Shown here piece by piece: positions 25,001 to 38,161 of a stretch of 64,000 nt of DNA. Every line of letters starts with the position of its first letter. Within the stretch, counting starts at the first letter, position 1. A program made the position numbers and the translations under genes. Under the pieces are notes generated by a model, which had not been told where the DNA came from, did no database searches, and saw only the letters and a list, made by a program, of their open reading frames with translations. The stretch comes from Eledone cirrhosa. Taxonomy: Eukaryota. The stretch is taken from the NCBI GenBank assembly GCA_964016885.1, contig OZ024750.1:12276001-12340000 (forward strand). The letters run 5' to 3'.

Positions 25001-26060
25001 CATCATCATCATCATCACCGTTTTACGTCCGTTCTTCCACGCTAGCATGGGTTAGACGAGTTGTCCTGTTGTGGGCAGTGTCTGGTCGGCTGACCATGCC
25101 TTGCTCATACAGGAACTGATCTGGCTTGATTTCTACAGCTGGATGCCCTTCCTAACACCAACCTCATTTACAGTGAGTGCTGGGTGCTTTTTCGTGGCGC
25201 CTACACGTCCACTTTACAGTGTGGGCTGGGTGCTTTCTTTTTGCCATGGCACCTCCACGACCACCTTGCGGTGGGGGGAGTGGGGGCATATTGTTTATAT
25301 GCTTCAGCATGTACCCATGGGAGGTCGGGTACCCTGTATTACTGCGTGACGCCAGAAGTCACGGTCGTGTGTCATTGTCTTTGAGAGGTGTAGTTGGGTA
25401 AGGTCGGCTTTTATCACCTCATCCCAAGTCATCTTGGGTCTCCCCACTCCGCGGTTTCCATCAACTTCTAGTGCTCTGCACCTTTTTATGCAGCTGTCAT
25501 CCTTCATACGCATCACATGTCCATACCAGCGTAACCGCCTCTCCTGCACGCAGCATTTGATTCCTCTTATGCTCAGTCTCTCTCTCAATTCCTTTATGCT
25601 TTGTCGTTCACGTATATTACTGTTACACATCCATCGGAGCATGCAGGCTTCGTTTCTCTCTAATCTACGTAAGTCTTCCACCTTCAGCGCCCAGGTCTCA
25701 CTACCATGCAACATCGCTGTTCGGATACACGCATCATACAGTCTGCCTTTCATTCTGAGGGAGAAGCCTTTTGCAGCTAGCAGTGGTAGTAGTTCCCTAA
25801 ACTTCTTCCATCCCGTTCTTACCCTAGTTATTGTACTTTCTGAGCACCCACCTCCGTTGCTAATTCGGTCACCTAGGTAGCAGAAGCTGTCTACTGTTTC
25901 TACAGGGCCCTCCCAGAGATTGGTGGTACTTGTTTCCTGTGGCTGTTTGCTTGCTGTTTCAGCACAGCTGCTGCATGTGAATCCTACATTCTTAATTAAG
26001 CTTCCTGAGATCCCGCTACATCTCTTGTGTACCCATTGTTTGCATTTGGGGCATTTCTGT
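25001..26060 (-). mobile_element. 5'-truncated RTE-clade LINE with open C-terminal ORF and PHD-like Cys/His motif
   Basis: ORF 25304-26104 reads VDSFCYLGD...KGRLYDACIRTAMLHGSETW...RRLRWYGHVMRM...GRPKMTW. Followed by 3' UTR and a (GAT)n tail. Confidence 0.9.
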
Positions 26061-26104
26061 TGTGTGGTTTCCCAAAGGGTAGAACTGGTCATTCCAGTTA
26101 GCAA

Positions 26105-26472
26105 ACCATTGGATGTGCAATGTCAATGTGCGTGAATGACCAAGCATAGACGAGTTATGAGAGAAACTTTGTATAAGAGGGATAAGTTGTAGTGTGCAGG
26201 AAAGAAGACTGTGTTGGTATAGATATGTGATGTGCATGGAGGATGACCGCTGGGTAAAGAAGTGTCAAGAAATCCCAGTAGAAGGAAGACGCAGTAGAGG
26301 AAGACCACGAAAAACATGGGTGGAGGTGGTGACAGCTGACCTCAGATTGCTGAAGCTCACAGAGGAGATGACGAAGGACTGTGATAAATGGAGAGATGCT
26401 GTGCTGAATAGGACCCATCCAACCCTTGCAAGCAGGGAAAAGTGGACGTAAAATGATGATGATGATTATGAT
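26105..26472 (+). mobile_element. RTE LINE 3' fragment (second subfamily)
   Basis: QERRLCWYRYVMCMEDDRWVKKC...RGRPRKTWVEVV...WRDAVLNRTHPTLASREKWT* followed directly by (GAT)n. Confidence 0.88.
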
Positions 26473-27803
26473 GACATAATATCAACAAAGCTCTCATTTA
26501 TGATGTAACTATATTCAGAGATTTTTATGTAATATAATTATAGTTTTGTTTGCAACAACTGTTCTTTCAATCATGCTTACAAAAACAACAACAAAAAATA
26601 CAAAAAACAAACAAAGCAGCCAGAAACCTGCTTAGTATGAAAAAGTGACTTAGAATTAACAAAACAAATTCTTTATATAATATAAAATGTAAAGAAAAAT
26701 GAGAAAAAATAATCAAAATGAAATAATCAAATAGTAGAAATATTTTTCATTTCCTATGATTTATATTTGCTTTCGAAAGCTATAAATTTCTCCTCACGCT
26801 ATCAATACATTTCGACCTTTATGTATAGCATGCAATCATACTAAAAAGAAGTTAAAGTTTCCAGGGTTTTGCATAAAAAATAAATGTTCATCTTATAACA
26901 GTGAAGCTTTCTATAATCAGTCATTTTCATAAAAGATGTCAAAAGCAATTTAATGAGTAGGATTTTTGTTTGATATACGATGTTAGCTTTAAGCCAGAGA
27001 GAATTTGGGTGTTATAAATTAAGGAAATATTTATGACAAACCTTCCAGCTAAAGAGTAGTTGCCAGAGAATATGTTGGCGGTAGTACTGTTGTTGGTGGT
27101 GGTGGGTGGAGGTGTGGATGTGCATGCGTGTATCTGTGTGTTGGTGTATCTGTATCTCTGTGCAGCAGGGGGTAATTACTGTTTAAGGTTATTGCACAAG
27201 AAAGAAGTATATGTCAGGGGGTAATTACTGTTTAAGGTTCTTGCACAAGAAAGAAGTATATGTCTGAAAAATATATGCAATATTATGTACTGGCTGGACA
27301 CACACACACATATATATATATATATATGGATCATCATCATCATTTAGCTTCCTCATTTCCTACTAGCAAAGGTTGAACAGCTCATTAGACCAAGTATTTA
27401 AATAAACCTACTGATTTCTCAGAGGGGCCAGGAGTCCATTCCTTGCTCATATCCATTCACACATTCTACCAACTGCACCAGGTGCCTTTTATCATGGCAC
27501 CAAAACTCAGGGGGATTGCCATGTCTTTGACACAGTGGAAGAGTTCTCCCAAACGTTTGTTTGGCAGGTTTTCTATTGCCAGATGTCTTTCCTATCACCA
27601 ACCACTTTACAGTGTGTACTCAATGCATTTATCATATGGATCCTTAACACTAGTGAAGTTAGCATGCCATTCATAAAATTGAAAAGTGTACTTGGGTGTA
27701 GTTTATCATGGTTCCCTCTGGAAATGCTCTTTGCCATGATATCAGAATATTTATATATGTGTAGGTGTATATCTCTCACTCTCTCTGTACATATGTATGT
27801 GTA

Positions 27804-27842
<39 letters not shown>

Positions 27843-30249
27843 TGCTGTCTGTCCAAACTTTGCTAGCAGGGAAAGCAGACGTTAAAACGACAATATATTT
27901 ATATAAGTGTTCTTGTAAAAATTTCTTTGCATTATAATAGAAAAAGGTTCTTCAATATCAGAAGCAATGTTTTACTGCCTATCCACAATAGTATTGATCC
28001 CAGGAACTGTTCACTAAGTGGAAACTATATGGTTAAATGGATATTGTACTGATCATAGTTCTACATTCAAAACAATAACTGAACTGACAAAAAAATATAT
28101 TCAAGATATGTTTTACCAGTATAAGGATACTTTAGATATCAAAAAGAAAAAAGAGAAAAAGAAAAAATGGTTTTCTATTTGTTTATGTAAATATATTTAG
28201 TGTTTAAGGAACCCTACCTAGCTTTTTTAAAAATATACTTTACCCTAACCATATTGGAATACAATAGTCCATACAAACACAGTCTCCATAAAATCCACCA
28301 TTTATTCCATGAAACTCTCACAATAAAACAAAAACCAAATTTACTATAATTTCTTTTATATATACTGAGTAATTTTTTTTTTATCAACCAATAGCTGAAG
28401 TCTATAAAATAATGGATCTTAATGACTATCTATATTGATCAGTTATCAATTATTTACTATCGCCTGTAAAAGAAGAAACTTGTCTCTTTTTTTACTTTTT
28501 TTTTTATTACAGTTAATTCTTTTCTATAATCTAGCTATGACATTTACAATATATAGTGTAGGCAACCTGTCTAGGAGAGCTACCACTCTGAATAAATTGG
28601 TGCAGAGTGGAGAAACCCCCTAAGTCCAGTAAGATGACTTCCCTAGTGCTGCTGGCATGAATAAAAGCACCCAGTCCATGCTGTAAAATGGAGGTAATGG
28701 TAGTAGCATTCACCTATGAAAAACTATGCCAAACTATGGGGTGCAGAGGGCCCCTGAATCATGTAAGACAACCTCTCAAGTGCTGGTGGCACGAATAAAA
28801 GCACCCAATCATGCTGTAAAGTGGTGCTGGTGTTAGGAAGGGCATCCAACCAGTGTATTAATGCGAAAACAACGATGAGCACAACAACAAATAGATGATG
28901 ATGATGATATATATATATATAAAGATATATATATATATATACATGTTGAACTTGCTTACTTGTCCGCCCCCTCCTCCTAAACCCTCACCCCTGGCACTCC
29001 TCTCCTGCCTAACACATGCATAAAAGCATGATATCTAAACACACTCGACATCTAATCTCCCACAATGCAATTACCATGACAAGTACAGTCCACCCAGTAT
29101 GCTGATCTGGTGCCACAAGAACAAAAGGACTCAGTCCATCCTATAACGTAATTGTTTTGGTGACACAGGAAAAAGCACCCAGTTCACACTTTGAGGTGGT
29201 CCTGCTGGTGGCATGACGAAAAATGTCCAGTCCACCCTGTAAGGTGGTCAAGCTGGTGCCACAATAAAAAGCATCCTGTCTACACTGTAATGTGGTTGGG
29301 TGTTAGGAAGGGAATACAACCATAGAAAGCAAGTAAAAAAAATACAGATCCATATGAGCAGGCCTCTGGATTTGACTTATCTTATGACGTGACAAGTTGT
29401 GTAACCCATGCAAGTATGGAAAATGGATATTCAGGACCCAGTAGAGTGTGACTATATTAGAAAGAGTTGAGTACTCTGTTGAATAATGGTCTAAATAGTT
29501 TGAAACTGGTTTAATCCTGATATATATCGGAGAGAGAGACACACACACTCATTCCTATATAATTTAAAATATTTTCAATCACTCTCTCAATCTTTAGTAC
29601 AATTCTAGATTCTTCATAATGTGTTCAATTACACATATCTTTTAATGTATTGCTTTAAATAATTTTTTATATATTTTAAATCTCCATATTTTAAATTTAG
29701 ATGTATTTTCTGCAATTTTCACTGATTTATCTCTATTTCTTCATTTTATTTTTTCTTTATTTCTTCTTTTATAATTTTATCTTTTTCTTTTTGTTGTTTC
29801 TCCATTATCCTTCTTTTCTTTTCTTTCCTTCTTTTTTTCTCCTCATACGTTATTTTCACCCCCACACCTTCGCCTACACCTTCCATCATCTTTTCCTATT
29901 CAAGTTTATTTCATTTTTGAATATGATGATGATGATGATGATAATTGATGTGTCTTACATGTACATGTAAGACAAGGAACTGGTAGAGTTGTTAAAACAT
30001 CAGTTTAAATGTCTTGCTATTGGTATTTGTTCTGGTTTACTGTACTCTGAGATCAAATCCTTTCATCCTTCTAAGGTTGATAAATAATCTATCAGTCCAG
30101 CACATGGGTTAATTCTTCTTCTATCTCTCTTTGTCACTTCTTCTCACTCACTCTCTCTCTCTCTCTCCTTCTCTGGAACAAGCCTGGGGAGGGTTGAATT
30201 CCACCAGATGTTAAATGCCCAAGACACATATCTTTTAATGTAATACAGA

Positions 30250-30299
<50 letters not shown>

Positions 30300-30301
<2 letters not shown>

Positions 30302-30625
30302 AGGTGCATGGCTGTGTAATTACAATGTCGGTCTTATAATTGTGAGGTTGTAATTTGATTCTCGGACCGGGTGATGCATTGCATCCTTGAGCAAGACACT
30401 TTATTTCATGTTTACTCAGCTGTAGAAATGAGTTGTGATGTCATTGGTGTCAAGCTGTATCAGCCATTGCCTTTCCCTTGGACATCGGTAGCATGGAGAG
30501 AGGGGAGGCTGGTATGCATAGACAACTGCTGGTCTTCCACAAACAACCTTGCCCGAACTTGTGCTTCAGAGGGAAACTTTCTAGGTGAAATTCCCATGGT
30601 CATTCATGACCAAAGGGGTTCTTTA
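30300..30625 (+). mobile_element. CORE-domain tRNA SINE, variant tail
   Basis: tRNA-like head and CORE block CCTTGAGCAAGACACTTTATTTC..CTCAGCTGTAGAAATGAG. The 3' part differs from the 31041 copy. Confidence 0.7.
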
Positions 30626-31040
30626 CCCTTTTTATATATATAGCATGGAAGATGGACATTAAACGATGATGATAATATTATATATATAAAATGTTAGTTA
30701 GGTATGTAACTACAGTTACAGGCAATATGCCATTCGATGCACTTAATGTTGTTATGAGGTCCGTCTCAGAGTTAAGACTGCTGTAGTCTTTATATGTGTC
30801 TTTGCAAATATAAACTCTCATATTTGACGAGATGTCAAAAAAGAGTCAGACCTCATCACCTTGATTACTCTGAGCTGATCGATATTGAAACAATTGTAAT
30901 AACGTTATGCCAATAACGTTTGTACATACACTGCAACACTGATTTCAATTCTACCTTAACTATCTATTTATATATGTAGTTGAGTAACATGATTAACTAA
31001 CTATACAGATTTAATAAAATGAATATATATAAATATATGT

Positions 31041-31369
31041 GAAGGTGCATGGCTTAGTGGTTAGAGCATTGGCCTTGCAATCGAAAGGTTGTGAGTTCAA
31101 TTCTCGGACTGGGTGATGTGTTGTTTCCTTGAGCAAGACACTTTATTTCACATTGCTCCAGTTTACTCAGCTGTAGAAATGAGATGATAGGGACTGAGGT
31201 CCATATCATTCCACTGCAAAGTGGTCATGGAGGTGCCATGGCAAAAAGGCACCCAGCACTCACTGTAAATGAGGTTGGTGTTAGGAAGGGCATCCAGCTG
31301 TAGAAATCAAGCCAGAATCAGTTCCCGTCCCACCCTTGCAAGCAGGAAAAAGCAGACGTAAAATGATGA

Positions 31370-31375
<6 letters not shown>
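31041..31375 (+). mobile_element. full-length CORE-domain tRNA SINE (octopus OR2-like) with RTE-derived tail
   Basis: A box TGGCTTAGTGG, B box GTTCAATTCTC, MIR-like CORE block, and tail ...GACGTAAAATGATGATGAT. Second full copy on minus strand at 51486-51820. Confidence 0.85.
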
Positions 31376-31405
<30 letters not shown>

Positions 31406-31540
31406 TCATCATCATCATCATCATCATCATTTTACGTCTGCTTTTTCCTGCTTGCAAGGGTGGGACGGGAACTGATTCTGGCTTGATTTCTACAGCTGGA
31501 TGCCCTTCCTAACACCAACCTCATTTACAGTGAGTGCTGA

Positions 31541-31602
<62 letters not shown>

Positions 31603-31786
31603 AATGTAATCTGAGTTTTTCGAATATTAATAATTGTTTCTACTTTAGGCACAAGGCCAGCAATTACCCAGTGCATTACTGGTACTTTATTTTATCGACC
31701 CCGTAAGGATGAAAGGCAAAGTCAACCTCGGCGGGATAAAGCTACATAGTTATATATATATATATATATATTCATATTATTAAAGC

Positions 31787-31824
<38 letters not shown>

Positions 31825-32039
31825 GCTTTTTTATACGTTTTTTGTTTTTAGAATCCAAATTCAATAAACAAACCAGGATTTTTCATTCTGAGGATTGAAA
31901 GCAAAACCTTTTGCTTTTAAGAAACCACTGGTAAATGGAATAATTGCCTTATGTTGTTTATTACATAATAATAATAATTAAGCTCTGTTGCATACATAGA
32001 GCACTCTTTTTTCCTGGACTTTTCCGATGGAATTACTTC

Positions 32040-32073
<34 letters not shown>

Positions 32074-32839
32074 TACCCATTATTAGCTCCTATGTATTTC
32101 ACTCTAAATGAATATATGAATTTATATGGGTTTAAGTTTGTGTGCATGTGTAGTTGTTGATATATTTTAATTCATTATAATTTTAAATGCTTTAGATTAT
32201 CCATACTTTGTTTTTTAACTTTATTATTTCCATATCATTCTTTGTGTTGTATTTTCAAAAGCAATTTATTCCTTTTTCATTCTATCAAAAATATTTTTCA
32301 TATTATTTTTGAAATTCTATATAACCTGACTTTTTATTTAAATTATGGAAGTTGTAGCATAAAATATTATACAGCATTTTTCTTATAGCAAATTGATAAT
32401 TATTTTCTATAATTTATAGATGAACTTTCTATAATTTTTAAACTTATATTTAAATCTAAAACATTTGCTGAGAAATATTTACTATTTATTTCATTTTCAT
32501 TTTGTGTCTGATTTATTTTTTGTAAAATATTAATTGTGATAAAATTGTGATTCATATATCTGATGGTATATTTAATATTTTGTTATGCTGTTATTGCTAT
32601 TAATTTATCCCACGGCAAATGAAGATAGAGTAAATTGCTTGACCAGAGGTAACCACCAATAAGTAACTATCCTAAATAACTTATTGTGAGGAGAGAAAAG
32701 AGTCATTTATATAGACCCAGTATTTAACTGGTACTTATTATATCAGCCATAGAAGAAAAAAAGGCATAGTTGATCTCTGTGATGCTCAAACTCAGAACAT
32801 AAAGAGTTTTAATACATTTTGTCTAGTACTCTAATGTAG

Positions 32840-33085
32840 AATGTCTCAGGAAAGAATTGCGGGACAGATTTTATAGGCAAAACCAAGTGACAGGAGACCC
32901 AGGGGTGGATCCCGAGCAAGATGGTTGGATAACATCCATGAGGTTGGCTGGTCACGCTTGGGGATCCAGCTGGATCAGTTGGAGACAGTTGCTTCTGATG
33001 GGACCCACTGGAAGGAGGGTTTGAGGACTTTGCCCCAATGACCCTACCCAGGAATAAGTGGGTGAAGAAGAAAGAAGAGAAGATT
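32840..33085 (+). mobile_element. Expander/Rex3-like RTE LINE 3' end
   Basis: RMSQERIAGQIL*AKPSDRRPRGGSRARWLDNIHEVGWSRLGIQLDQLETVASDGTHWKEGLRTLPQ*, then a (GAA)n-type tail. Confidence 0.8.
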
Positions 33086-33614
33086 TTATGAAAGATTTAA
33101 ATTGTTTAACATTGATATCTATTATCTTTAATAGGGAAATCTACTGCTTACTACATATACACATACACACATAAATACGAAGGAGTCGGGACTATGACAG
33201 CTGAGCTCTTGTCATTTCAACAGCTAGTCCAGACTCTTTCATATTACTATACTCTACTATCCTAAGTATCGAGTACTCTGGTGAGTAATAGTCTAACAGG
33301 TTTTTACTGCATCCATTTTGATTTTTATATATATATTTATATACATGTAAACACACATACAGATAGATTCATAGATATGTGTATGGGTGACTGGGTTATT
33401 TATATATATATATTCTCTCAGATGTGAGAAAAACCACAAACCCTGCATCTCAATTCTATTTTTGAAAAGCAGAAGAACTGTGAAACTGGTAAAGGAACCA
33501 AATAAATATATATTTTTATAAAAAAGGACTCCAGTTACATTTTCGATTTCATCTTTTTTCCTTATGTATGTATATATATATGTATATATATATATATTTA
33601 TATATATATATATA

Positions 33615-34680
33615 TCATCATCATCATCATCGTTTAACGTCCATATTCCACGCTTGCATGGGTTTGGACGGGAGTTTTCTCACTTGAGGCAAGAGTGGTT
33701 GTCTTGCTCGCATAGGACTGTCTGGTGGGTTTTCTACGGCTGGATGCCCTTCCTAATACCAACCACGTTTACAGTATGGAACTGGGAGGTTTTTACCGTG
33801 TTACCTACACGGCCACATTACAGCGTGGACTGTGTGTTTTTTTGTCGTGACACCTACACGACCTCATTTGTTTCGGGCTGGATGTTGTGGTACCAACATA
33901 ACTTTACATTGAAAGGGGGTGGTGTGGATGGGTTGGGGGTAGTGGGACGGGTGTATTTTGTTAGAGGTGCCTACTGACTGTAGTAGGTTTCACTTTGCAC
34001 TTAGGTAAGGCGGGTCTTCTCTATTACTGTGTAGCACCAAAGATCTCGGTCCAGTAACATTGTCTTGGAGAGGTGTAAGTGTGTGAGGTCGGAATTTATC
34101 AAGTTGTCCCAGGTTTTTTTCTGGGTCTGCCTACTCCGTGGCTACTGTCTATTTTTATTGCCCTGCACTTTTTTATACAGCTGTTGTCTTTCATGCGCAT
34201 CACGTGACCATACCAACGTAGTCTTCTCTTGAGTAAACAACATCTGATCCCTCTTATTCCTAATTTCTCCCTTAGTTCGTTTATGCTTTGCCATTCACGT
34301 ATATTACTATTACACATCCAGCGGAGCATGCAAGCTTCGTTTCTCTCCAGTCCGCGTATATCCTCTGCACACAATGCCCAGGTCTCACTGCCATGTAACA
34401 TTGCTGTTCGTATGCAGGTATCATACAGCCTGCCTTTCATTTTTAGAGAGAACCCTTTAGCGGCCAATAGTGGTATAAGCTCTCTGAACTTTTTCCATCC
34501 CGTTCTGACTCTAGCTACTTTACTTTCAGAGCACCCTCCCCCACTGCTGATTTTGTCACCCAGGTAACGGAAGCTGTCCACTATTTCTATATAACCATCT
34601 GTGCAATGGAATGAGTTAGTATTCTGTGGGCACTTGCTTCTACTTATTGCACCAGAGCACCGGCCACATATAAAATCTAT
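33615..34680 (-). mobile_element. 5'-truncated RTE LINE
   Basis: ORF 34099-34782 reads FICGRCSG...VDSFRYLGD...RRLRWYGHVMRM. 3' UTR and (GAT)n tail present. Both ends abut (TA)n. Confidence 0.9.
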
Positions 34681-34683
34681 ATT

Positions 34684-34723
<40 letters not shown>

Positions 34724-35463
34724 TTATTATTATTATTACTTGGCAGTATTGGTAGAGGGTCGGGCGCTATGCTTTGCAGCATAGAGTTATGGCTCTTTAC
34801 GTTCTGAGTTCAAATCCTGCCGAGGTTAACTTTGCCTTTCATCCTTACGGGGTCGATAAAATAAAGTACCAGTAATGCACTGGGATAATTGCTGGCCTTG
34901 TGCCAAAAGTAGAAACAATTATTACTATTATTAACAGAGGTTATTGCTTGCTAACACTAGAATGAAGAGAAGACTAAGAACAATAATAGAAAAATAAGAA
35001 ATCAAGGAAGCAAAAATAAAAGATTGTAGGAAAGAATTCTAGCATAAAAATTCATTGCAGATATTTATCTACCATGAAAATTGTATTTAATTGTGATGTC
35101 TTCTAGCTAATTAAAAATTTTTGGCTGACAATCTTTTAGAAGACATTTCTTCTGTTCTTGTAAATGAAGACACTCAAGTAATTCACAAGCTTTTTCAACC
35201 TGAACACCTTTTCACAGCTGAATTCATTGATTTATTTGTTAAGATAATGAATAGTTCATTAAAAGTTTGAGAGCTTCACCAACTTAAAAACTATCTAATT
35301 CAAATTATAGCTTTGATGATTGTGTCGACAGGAAAACATTAAAGACCAAAGCCTCACACACATATACATACACAAACAATATACAAACACTGACAGGCCT
35401 GTAATATACAAATACTGACAGGACTGTAATAACTGTAAATATATATACATATATGTATATATG

Positions 35464-35495
<32 letters not shown>

Positions 35496-35607
35496 CATAT
35501 ATATGTACATATACATATATATGTATATATATATACATATACATATATATGTACATATACATATATATATACATTTACATATATATATGTATATATATAT
35601 ATATATG

Positions 35608-36568
<961 letters not shown>

Positions 36569-36601
36569 TATATATATATATATATATATATGTACATATA
36601 C

Positions 36602-36644
<43 letters not shown>

Positions 36645-36651
36645 CATATAC

Positions 36652-36698
<47 letters not shown>

Positions 36699-36714
36699 CA
36701 TATACATATGTATA

Positions 36715-36812
<98 letters not shown>

Positions 36813-37232
36813 TGTACATATACATATGTATGTATGTATGTATGTACATATACATATGTATGTATGTATGTATGTACATATACATATGTATGTATGTATG
36901 TATGTACATATACATATGTATGTATGTATGTATGTACATATACATATGTATATATATATGTATGTACATATACATATGTATATATATATATATATGTACA
37001 TATACATATGTATATATATATATATATATATATGTACATATACATATGTATATATATATATATATATGTACATATACATATGTATATATATATATATATA
37101 TGTACATATACATATGTACATATATATGTATGTACATATATATATGTATGTACATATATATATGTATGTACATATATATATATGTATATATATGTACATA
37201 TATATATGTACATATATATATGTATATATATG
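36569..37232. repeat. compound (TA)n/(TATG)n/TGTACATATACATA satellite
   Basis: Visible directly. Similar tracts at 35440-35607, 38090-38480, 41130-41305 and 58400-58700. Confidence 0.95.
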
Positions 37233-37490
37233 TGACACAGAGGAGACTGAGGTTGGCTGGACATGCTCACCGACATCCAGAGTTGACATTGCACTCAGTG
37301 CTCCTTTGGGAACCCCTACATGGACACACTAGGAGAGGAAGACCAAGGTTAACATATGTTGATGCCCTAAGGACAGACACTGGTCTGTTGGAGATGCAGG
37401 ATATGGCAGCGATAATGAGGGACAGAGACCGCTGGAGAGAACTCGTCCATGGATCTCGGGAATTTTACCCGCCTTAGATAGATAGAGATG
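37233..37490 (+). mobile_element. RTE-group LINE 3' end (third family)
   Basis: [49 protein letters not shown]...DRDRWRELV...* with a (TAGA)n tail. Confidence 0.8.
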
Positions 37491-38126
37491 TACCACTTGG
37501 TGCTACTGGTAACATGTATCCCAGTACAACCTGTCTCATGGTCGGGTCATTGGCGACTAAACTGGCAACCCCACAAAGGTTTCTTGGTGAGGAGGGTGAC
37601 TTTGGACATCCTGCAGGACTAAAAACAAAACCTGTCAAATGGCAAAGGAGCTCTTAAGAGTCAATGGCCATCCAAAATCACCGGGAGAGATGACCCCTTA
37701 GCCTTTGTCAAGGCAGAATTCTAGGAGAAGGAAAACTCTGATATAACACCTGCAACTCTGATGGTATCCAATGATGTTGACTTGTTCTTCTTTTTGGTAA
37801 ATATCATCTTGGTGAAGAGTGTGGGACTGGCTTTGTGCAGTGCCTTTGCTCACTATAAAAGCTTCACGGCACAGGCATTGCTTTATATCTGGAGATCTCT
37901 CTGCACTTGTCATCACATGGTACCATGGGCCCAGCACTATGTGTCAATAATTGTCACAAGTGTAGTATTTGTACCAGAGTTTTCAAGTCGCTGGCTGGAC
38001 TAAAAAGTCACACTCGTTCAGCGCATCGGTAGGGGTTCTCCTACATGGATATAAAGTAGTGGCCGTACTCGAAAACGAGTTGGCAGCCACCATATGTATG
38101 TACATATACGTATGTATGTATGTATG

Positions 38127-38161
<35 letters not shown>

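Noticed and set aside
25304-26104. 266-aa ORF as a host gene
   Set aside because: It is the C-terminal part of a 5'-truncated RTE ORF with 3' UTR and (GAT)n tail. The RT core and a genuine start are missing.
30860-30905. GAAACAATTGTA, and similar GAAATGGTC (41357) and GAAACGGTC (61895, minus), as further hammerheads
   Set aside because: No intact CUGANGA box or stem I/II could be drawn. They may be decayed Penelope-type remnants but are not supportable.
31041-31115. tRNA-like sequence with A and B boxes
   Set aside because: It continues into the CORE domain and LINE-derived tail and recurs at 51745-51820. It is a SINE head, not a tRNA gene.
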